64,000 bases of DNA from a virus (Duplodnaviria > Caudoviricetes), in IMG/VR virus record IMGVR_UViG_3300028197_001183, positions 27,220 to 91,219 of that record; one strand, 5' to 3'. The position numbers and the translations under genes are program-made. This document shows positions 58,087 through 64,000 of this stretch, piece after piece. Position 1 is the stretch's first letter; each line of letters opens with the position of its first letter. The notes under the pieces were generated by a model, which was given only the letters and a program-made list of their open reading frames with translations, was not told the origin of the DNA and ran no database searches.

Positions 58087-61000
58087 TAAAATTCTTGGTT
58101 AATATCTTTACCTGCAGTATCAGGTCGAGCAACATCACACTCAGTGAAGTATGGATTGCCAAAGTTATTTAATGCGTTACTTAATGCCTGCACTCCACCA
58201 GTCAACCAATTCCTCACACGCATTGTGCCGCTGTAAGATCCCATCTTGAATACCTTGTCGCCATCTGAGTTGGTATACATTCTGGATGGGTCAATAGCAA
58301 TAGACGCATCATTAACATTCTCCAAACCAGCAGCAGGAGGTCCACCAAAGATCCAAGCATAGTAACTCGTTGCAGAAGGTGAGCAGGTTGCACAGAATGG
58401 ATTGACTGGTCCTGTAGGACTATTCTGTACAGTGCCTACGCCTGGTCCTGTGATCTCCCAGAAGCGGTTGCCAGCGATAGGGTCACCATTGCTATCATAT
58501 CCACAATACACGTCTAGAGGGGCGTCTGCGGGTGCTCCTGTCTTCCTTGCATAAGTATCCCAACACTCATGGTTAGGCACATTAGTGTTTGCAGGGTTTG
58601 GACTGCAGTCTACACCAAATGCAGTATATGTTCCATTGCCAGAATACGGTGTAGTCGTAGATGTAGTGTTACCATTCTCGTCTGGGTCTGATGTTGTGGT
58701 CACATCGTATGCCCAAGACACTGATGCGCCACCTGTGAGTGCTCCACCAGTCAAATTATCACCTAACCAGAGCTGGAATTGCTCGTATTCACTAAAACCT
58801 AGACGGTTATAGTCAAAAGTATTCTCATCTAGACCCACTGGGACGAAAATAATGTCATTTTCGTCATTGGGATCGCGATAACAGCGCCCATCGACAGATC
58901 CATTGTTACAATTCCACGTTTTGTAACCATCAGCAACCTTTCTACGCGGTGTTACCTTGGGTTTTTTGAAACTTTCCATGAAATCCATGAAAGCTGCGCC
59001 CTGAGATCCAGTAACTCTGCCTTCAACCATGATCGACACGTTAAATTCTGCCTCTTTAACTTTAGAAGCGCAGTATTTGTAAGGCAAATATCCAAAAGCA
59101 CGCTCATCAGTGAGGTTTCTACCCTTCTCAATCATGTCAAGAGTGGCAGATCCCCTCTCAGTAGTGCTAACGTACGCACATGGCATGTCAAACCAGCGTC
59201 TGATGTTGTAAATTTTGGGTTGTCCCATGGTTAAACAGCGGTCTTTCTGGAAAGGACCGTAAACATGCGACGTTTGCTCCTGGTATTCCTCCAAGTTTTG
59301 GACCGTTGCATAGACATCGGGCATAACTTGAGACTCAAATCCGCGAATGCGGTCATCTAGACCACTCATAATCTCCCAGAAGTCCTTTTTAGGGATAGCA
59401 TCAAGCACATTGCCGCGACCATTTACTTCTAAACAGTTAGGTGGAAGGTCAAAACACAGTTTTGTTACATTCTCTTGATCAATCTCTGCCATTCTAATGT
59501 AAGAATCAGGTGCTGCAGAGGCAATAGGGGTATTCATAAGAGTGAAACCTGTGTTTGCAACCTGATTAGGAGAGGTTGGAGACCCAAGACCCTTAGTATT
59601 AAGAGATTCAAACTCAGTAGGTGCTCCCCTAAAGTCATTTCCAGTGTTAGTGTTGATCCATTCAAGAGGATCTTGCTGACTACCAGTAGGTAAACTACTA
59701 TCAAACTCTTGAAACTGGTCAGAGATGCCCTGTCCTAGTGCGGCAATGTCACCAATATTGGGACTTTCATACTCAATATACTCAGGATCAGTGACAAATA
59801 CATCAGGTGGCTCTTCAGGATCGTATCCTGATCCAGGTTTAACTACTCTAATTCTCTTGATACCGCCAATTTCATCGAATGCAGCAATCTTTAACTTAGC
59901 TGTTGTCAGTTTTACCGCAATATTATCATGATCAACAGGGAAATCTAGGGACCCCTGAGCAGACCCAGCTGCAATTTGCACATCTTTAATGGGATCATCA
60001 CCCGCAAATGAAGATTCTGTAAAACCAATTGCTCTATTCCAGTCAGGATCCTTGAGTATTAGGTCTTCTAAGTGCTCTGTAGTGTCTGTAGCAGAGAAAT
60101 TCTTAAGGACCTTGGGTGTAATTGCAGTAACCTTTGCATTTTTAGAGTAACCACGCCCACTATTAATGATAACAACCTCATCAATACCGCCTTTATCATT
60201 AATAATTGCCTCAAACTTTGCCTCATCTAGCGTACGATTGGGGATAAGTGCCTTTGGAGAAAGCTCAACCTTATAGAAATCTACTTTTTTAGGGAATTCA
60301 TACACACCAGCAAACGCACATTTGTCTTTAATGCCGTATCCAGCAAGGATTTCACATGTACCTCCGTCTGTAGAGGTGAATTGTTGTTGATATGCGAATG
60401 CATTCCCACTACCTTCCAACTCAATGATACCGCATTTGAGTTGATCACCGTAATAAAGGACGGAAACTATATTCCAACCGTTGATTTGCTCACCCCTATT
60501 GAAGTCTCCAGTCCGTGTTGTGTATCTAAACAGGATTCTAGGACTGTCTGTATCAATAGTTTCAAAGGATTCGTTAACTGCATTGGTAGATGCATCAGTT
60601 AAAACACATCTAGTCTTAGTAGTCTCCCAAGAATCTTCACGAATCTTATAGAAGTGTGAGTAGAAATGCTCGTTAGGTACGCATATAGGATTACCTTCGT
60701 CGTCATCAGCGTTAGGACAGCAAGGAATATCATTCAGTGCATACTGAATACCAAACAGCGGTCCATTCCAAGGATATGATGTATCATACAAGTAATAGTA
60801 AAACTGGGAGTCATACGAATCCTCAAACCCTAAGAAGCGTGGCACAGCACCTTTGATCGCTCCATTGAGTCCATACATCCACTCGAAGTTTGCTTCCTCA
60901 CTTATCTTCTCTGCATTGTCGGGATTACCAAAACCAACAACACCAGGAGTACTTGCTGCTCTGTAATATCCAGGTCTTCCGTATACACCATCCTCAGCAA

Positions 61001-61880
61001 ATGCATACCAAGATGTTTTGTCTACACACTGTCCAGTAGGTCCTAGTTTACCAACGTCTATTACACGCTCTTGTGGCGCATTAGGAGCGTCTGCAGGATA
61101 CACATACCCAACGATACCCACATACTGATATTCCCTATCCATGGGTTTCTTACATGGGATAGGACTATCAACTAGGTTGACTTCCTCTGCAGGGTTAATA
61201 GTATAGAAGTCATCAATATCTTTACCACTACTCTTGCTGTAATTACCATAGCGATAATGATACAGAGGCACAGCGTCAGGACCATATGCCTGTGCATCAG
61301 ATAGACTCGTGCAAATATAACCTATCGTATAAGCTTCGTAATATTTTCCTTTACCACAACCAGTGCTAACACCAGAAGGACTACCAACACTTAGAATAGT
61401 ATTGTCAGGCCAATATGAATACCACACTTTGAGTGGCACACTATTGGTTCTCTGACGATCTAAACAGAAGAAGTATGGAGTGCCTTTTCTAGGCTCATGA
61501 TTATATCCACTTGATATCTTCTTCCACGATTCATTCTCACATCCTGCATCTGCTTCGATCATCGAAGGATTCTTTGTATACTTGTGATCACGCTTTGCAC
61601 CACGATACCATCTGTATACAGGCGCACGAGTATATCCGCAATACGCTACACAGGTCTCCTCTTGATCACCGATATAGTGTACAGCATCTTTCCCCAGAGG
61701 ATAGGATCCAGGTCCGCTACCCTCAAAGGTGATAAAGTAATCTGTGCCCGTGCCAAGTCCATTACCAGACGAATGACTTTCATAGTCACCACTAGATGGT
61801 CTTTTCCAGGTTGTGTTATACTCTTCCCCTGCAATCGGGTTGGGAAAACTCCGAGCAGACTCTAGGAGATATGCTGGCAT
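58086..61880 (-). CDS. Large Cys-rich virion protein with N-terminal PVYRWY/VPLYHY repeats (DUF5648-like)
   Basis: 1264 aa; APVYRWY..DHKYT, VPLKVWY, VPLYHY..DDFYT..VGIVGYVYP; INSGRGYS and KPGSGYDP repeats like the baseplate proteins. Confidence 0.8.
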   Translation of the reverse strand: MPAYLLESARSFPNPIAGEEYNTTWKRPSSGDYESHSSGNGLGTGTDYFITFEGSGPGSYPLGKDAVHYIGDQEETCVAYCGYTRAPVYRWYRGAKRDHKYTKNPSMIEADAGCENESWKKISSGYNHEPRKGTPYFFCLDRQRTNSVPLKVWYSYWPDNTILSVGSPSGVSTGCGKGKYYEAYTIGYICTSLSDAQAYGPDAVPLYHYRYGNYSKSSGKDIDDFYTINPAEEVNLVDSPIPCKKPMDREYQYVGIVGYVYPADAPNAPQERVIDVGKLGPTGQCVDKTSWYAFAEDGVYGRPGYYRAASTPGVVGFGNPDNAEKISEEANFEWMYGLNGAIKGAVPRFLGFEDSYDSQFYYYLYDTSYPWNGPLFGIQYALNDIPCCPNADDDEGNPICVPNEHFYSHFYKIREDSWETTKTRCVLTDASTNAVNESFETIDTDSPRILFRYTTRTGDFNRGEQINGWNIVSVLYYGDQLKCGIIELEGSGNAFAYQQQFTSTDGGTCEILAGYGIKDKCAFAGVYEFPKKVDFYKVELSPKALIPNRTLDEAKFEAIINDKGGIDEVVIINSGRGYSKNAKVTAITPKVLKNFSATDTTEHLEDLILKDPDWNRAIGFTESSFAGDDPIKDVQIAAGSAQGSLDFPVDHDNIAVKLTTAKLKIAAFDEIGGIKRIRVVKPGSGYDPEEPPDVFVTDPEYIEYESPNIGDIAALGQGISDQFQEFDSSLPTGSQQDPLEWINTNTGNDFRGAPTEFESLNTKGLGSPTSPNQVANTGFTLMNTPIASAAPDSYIRMAEIDQENVTKLCFDLPPNCLEVNGRGNVLDAIPKKDFWEIMSGLDDRIRGFESQVMPDVYATVQNLEEYQEQTSHVYGPFQKDRCLTMGQPKIYNIRRWFDMPCAYVSTTERGSATLDMIEKGRNLTDERAFGYLPYKYCASKVKEAEFNVSIMVEGRVTGSQGAAFMDFMESFKKPKVTPRRKVADGYKTWNCNNGSVDGRCYRDPNDENDIIFVPVGLDENTFDYNRLGFSEYEQFQLWLGDNLTGGALTGGASVSWAYDVTTTSDPDENGNTTSTTTPYSGNGTYTAFGVDCSPNPANTNVPNHECWDTYARKTGAPADAPLDVYCGYDSNGDPIAGNRFWEITGPGVGTVQNSPTGPVNPFCATCSPSATSYYAWIFGGPPAAGLENVNDASIAIDPSRMYTNSDGDKVFKMGSYSGTMRVRNWLTGGVQALSNALNNFGNPYFTECDVARPDTAGKDINQEF

Positions 61881-61886
61881 TACAAA

Positions 61887-62129
61887 TCATTTGTCTTCCA
61901 AATTATTTAGACGGGTATATAGATCGTCAAATAATTCAGGTAGATTAGAATATTCTTCCTTACCAGGAATCTTATACTTAATCATATCCGCACCAGGCGG
62001 GGGAAACTTAGATACTGCCTGCTCTAAGGCAGTCACGCGATTAGTCAGTTGCACTAACGCTTGGGATAATTGCTCAAACCCCCAGTTGGTATATTCTTCT
62101 AGGGTTTCAAACTTTGGAGTCTCACTCAT
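61887..62129 (-). CDS. Hypothetical coiled-coil protein
   Basis: MSETPKFETLEEY...LTNRVTALEQ...LFDDLYTRLNNLE; ATG 62129. Confidence 0.75.
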   Translation of the reverse strand: MSETPKFETLEEYTNWGFEQLSQALVQLTNRVTALEQAVSKFPPPGADMIKYKIPGKEEYSNLPELFDDLYTRLNNLEDK

Positions 62130-62158
62130 AAATTTAGACGCGGTTTTTCGCGGATTTT

Positions 62159-62323
62159 TCAAGGCACAAATTTTGTGATAATAATGGATCCGTCGATATC
62201 TTCAGAGTATTCTAAGACATCACCCACGTCCCACTGTGCATCTTCAAGCAATTGATCGGGTAATGTAACAAAGCATTCACCGTGCTCATCTACCTCGACT
62301 TCTAGGACATAGCGTTTCGACAT
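62159..62323 (-). CDS. AbrB/MazE/SpoVT-like DNA-binding protein (54 aa)
   Basis: MSKRYVLEVEVDEHGECFVTLPDQLLEDAQWDVGDVLEYSEDIDGSIIITK; the LP..L....W..GD.L pattern is characteristic. Confidence 0.7.
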   Translation of the reverse strand: MSKRYVLEVEVDEHGECFVTLPDQLLEDAQWDVGDVLEYSEDIDGSIIITKFVP

Positions 62324-62343
62324 ACGTTCGTTGTTTCTACACC

Positions 62344-62826
62344 TTATGTAGACTTTTTACGGATTGCACCAATGCAACTCGTATTCCATATATGATTACC
62401 TTCTTTCTCTAAGTCTACTACCATACTCATAGCATCGTATGGATGGTGAAGCATGAAACCATTACCTAGGTAAATCCCTCCATGATTCGGTGCTCTGCCC
62501 CGTGGTGCTGAGTATGATCCTCCTAATGGATTGGTATACAACCTGAAGAGAATAACATCTTCTGCAACGAGTGTAGAGAAGTCTGTCTCCTCTCCCCATT
62601 CACTCTCCCATAGTTTCTCTGCACCACCCTCTTCGATTGCTTCATCAGTGAATGTGATGATTCCTCTTGCGTTGAAGTCTGGTAGATCATCATCATGGAT
62701 ATACTTGTAATACTTACGAATGATTTCATAACATCCGTAGATACGTCGTCCTGTCCATGGTAATCCTATGAGCTCACTGTATTGCTCTCTAAGGGCAATC
62801 ATTTCTTCTTTGCGAGTAATACTCAT
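62344..62826 (-). CDS. NlpC/P60-family cysteine peptidase/amidase
   Basis: LIGLPW...GCYEIIR (catalytic Cys), EDVILF, NHGGIYLGNGFMLHH (catalytic His and third residue). Confidence 0.85.
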   Translation of the reverse strand: MSITRKEEMIALREQYSELIGLPWTGRRIYGCYEIIRKYYKYIHDDDLPDFNARGIITFTDEAIEEGGAEKLWESEWGEETDFSTLVAEDVILFRLYTNPLGGSYSAPRGRAPNHGGIYLGNGFMLHHPYDAMSMVVDLEKEGNHIWNTSCIGAIRKKST

Positions 62827-62896
62827 GTTTTGGTAGTCTTGTTTGTAATTGAGGCGCGAAGGGCACTAGCGGCGATCCTAGCGGTCTCTGAGAGTG

Positions 62897-62965
62897 ATTC
62901 CCAGATATAATTCAACTGTGCTCTCAAAGGGGTTGAGAGTGTAAAATTATACTGGGAATTTTTTT
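62897..62965 (+). other. Long imperfect hairpin followed by a T7 run (terminator-like or structured RNA/DNA)
   Basis: attcccag(a)tataatt...ctctcaa-agggg-ttgagag...aattata-ctgggaat then a T run. Confidence 0.6.
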
Positions 62966-63096
62966 GTGTAGGGGGGACCCGAAGTTTCATTTGAATAATA
63001 TTGAGAGCTCGGATAGTTACTTTTGTAGGTTAGGGACTTAAGCGTTTTTAATATACCCGCTTCGCGGTAACATCAACCAAGCGCCAAAACACTGTC

Positions 63097-63303
63097 CTAG
63101 GTGTCTCCTACCTCTACATCATAGCACATACCCTCAGCAATGCAATAGTCACAGAATTGTTGATACTGTCTCAGGTCATCATCTAGATCTAAGTCTATCA
63201 ACTCCTGTGCTAGATCTATTTGCTCTGCTGGTGGTAGTTGTCCCTCATCGTATAACTCTAGAAGTCTTTCTAGTTTAACAGATAGTGACGTGTCTGGTGT
63301 CAT
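63097..63303 (-). CDS. Small acidic hypothetical protein
   Basis: 68 aa, ATGA-coupled to the upstream ORF. Confidence 0.7.
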   Translation of the reverse strand: MTPDTSLSVKLERLLELYDEGQLPPAEQIDLAQELIDLDLDDDLRQYQQFCDYCIAEGMCYDVEVGDT

Positions 63304-63467
63304 AGTTGTGCTGAGAATGTGCGTGCATCGTTAACTGCTTGCTGCTTAGACTTGAAAGGACCATTCTTAGGACAACCCTCGTAATCGTATCTCCAAAAGT
63401 AACGCTTACTCTTCTCCCATAGTTTAACCTGTATAGGGGGAGATGTGTCGAGTGTGATTGTATTCAT
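63300..63467 (-). CDS. Small hypothetical protein (55 aa)
   Basis: MNTITLDTSPPIQVKLWEKSKRYFWRYDYEGCPKNGPFKSKQQAVNDARTFSAQL*. Confidence 0.7.
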   Translation of the reverse strand: MNTITLDTSPPIQVKLWEKSKRYFWRYDYEGCPKNGPFKSKQQAVNDARTFSAQL

Positions 63468-63571
63468 TAATCGGTGTAGGTGTCAGATAGGGTGTCTTCA
63501 GATGAATCATCATACTCGGGTGAATCTTCGTCTAGGATGTCATCAATCCAATCGTTGTCGATGTCATTCAT
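63467..63571 (-). CDS. Very acidic peptide (34 aa)
   Basis: MNDIDNDWIDDILDEDSPEYDDSSEDTLSDTYTD*; GAGG RBS; coupled on both sides. Confidence 0.6.
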   Translation of the reverse strand: MNDIDNDWIDDILDEDSPEYDDSSEDTLSDTYTD

Positions 63572-63735
63572 GAGCGGTAGTCCTCTGGGCGATTGGTGGC
63601 ATCTCTTGTTGTGGATTCATCTGTGGAAAACTCATCACTCACTGTGCGATTAGTCTTTGAATACTGTCTCTTTTCTCTAATAGATTTGGGGCGTCGTGAG
63701 TTGTGTAGATCGTTACGTTTGTAGGTCCTTCCCAT
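63568..63735 (-). CDS. Small protein with a basic N-terminus (55 aa), early gene
   Basis: MGRTYKRNDLHNSRRPKSIREKRQYSK...; first ORF behind a sigma70-like promoter. Confidence 0.7.
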   Translation of the reverse strand: MGRTYKRNDLHNSRRPKSIREKRQYSKTNRTVSDEFSTDESTTRDATNRPEDYRS

Positions 63736-63776
63736 TAGTCAGCAGATCAAAAGTGTCTTTGGTTAACTACTCAATC

Positions 63777-63805
63777 AATATAGGATCAATTGGCATGATT
63801 GTCAA
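63777..63805 (-). promoter_or_regulatory. Sigma70-like (early) promoter
   Basis: TTGACA-N17-TATATT on the minus strand, 41 nt upstream of ATG 63735. Confidence 0.8.
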
Positions 63806-63842
63806 GTGGTCTGTGTGGGTTTGTGTAGTGTCCTCGGTATAC

Positions 63843-63871
63843 TTGACAAAAAAATCCTCTTGCGTTACGCT
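63843..63871 (+). promoter_or_regulatory. Divergent sigma70-like promoter
   Basis: TTGACA-N17-TACGCT on the plus strand. Confidence 0.5.
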
Positions 63872-63932
63872 CTTAGGTAACTATAACTCCGTAGATATAA
63901 TTCTCGGAGGTATATTTATTAAGGTATTTTAA

Positions 63933-63975
63933 TTATCCACAGGAAATGCGGAAACTGTGGAAATCATGTGGAAAA
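63933..63975. promoter_or_regulatory. Cluster of DnaA-box-like 9-mers
   Basis: TTATCCACA (63933-41, +); on the minus strand TTTTCCACA (63967-75), ATTTCCACA (63956-64) and GTTTCCGCA (63947-55); another TTTTCCACA at 63622-30. Confidence 0.55.
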
Positions 63976-64000
63976 CTATTAGATAGGGACGATGTTAGCA

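Noticed and set aside
10987-61865. Numerous plus-strand and alternative-frame ORFs of 60-200 aa in the ORF track
   Set aside because: They are shadows of the long minus-strand genes caused by codon bias, with no recognisable motifs or supporting signals.
62159-62323. AbrB/MazE-like ORF as the antitoxin of a toxin-antitoxin pair
   Set aside because: Neither neighbour resembles MazF, PIN or Doc toxins, so a stand-alone regulator is more likely.
1-64000. tRNA genes, introns, inteins, homing endonucleases, integrase, and photosynthesis or bilin genes (psbA, hli, cpeT, pebS)
   Set aside because: No such motifs were recognised by eye, and coding density leaves little room; a covariance or HMM search would be needed to exclude them fully.

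Overview
64 kb of a T4-like marine cyanomyovirus (Synechococcus/Prochlorococcus-type phage), almost entirely coded on the minus strand. In transcription order (right to left): a non-coding/early region with divergent sigma70-like promoters and DnaA-box-like 9-mers; small ORFs; an NlpC/P60 protein; a Cys-rich 1264-aa protein; a PAAR/gp5.4-like protein; gp25; gp6; a giant 7291-aa gp7-like wedge/fibre protein; a YHYH+Ig protein; a gp9-like protein with a cupredoxin-type C-terminus; gp8; a DUF4815 protein; a 2312-aa tail fibre; gp13-gp16; the variable g16-g17 island (candidate internal head proteins, talC, a degenerate gnd-like gene, a thermonuclease, a 2OG-Fe(II) oxygenase); and the 5' end of terminase gp17. 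The most striking observation is that the giant protein carries about 6-7 helical domains resembling phycobiliprotein globin folds, with Cys at positions equivalent to both bilin-attachment sites (Cys84 'CxRD' and beta-Cys155). This suggests a possibly bilin-bearing virion protein and a candidate substrate for phage bilin lyases. All family assignments come from motif recognition by eye; no searches were run.
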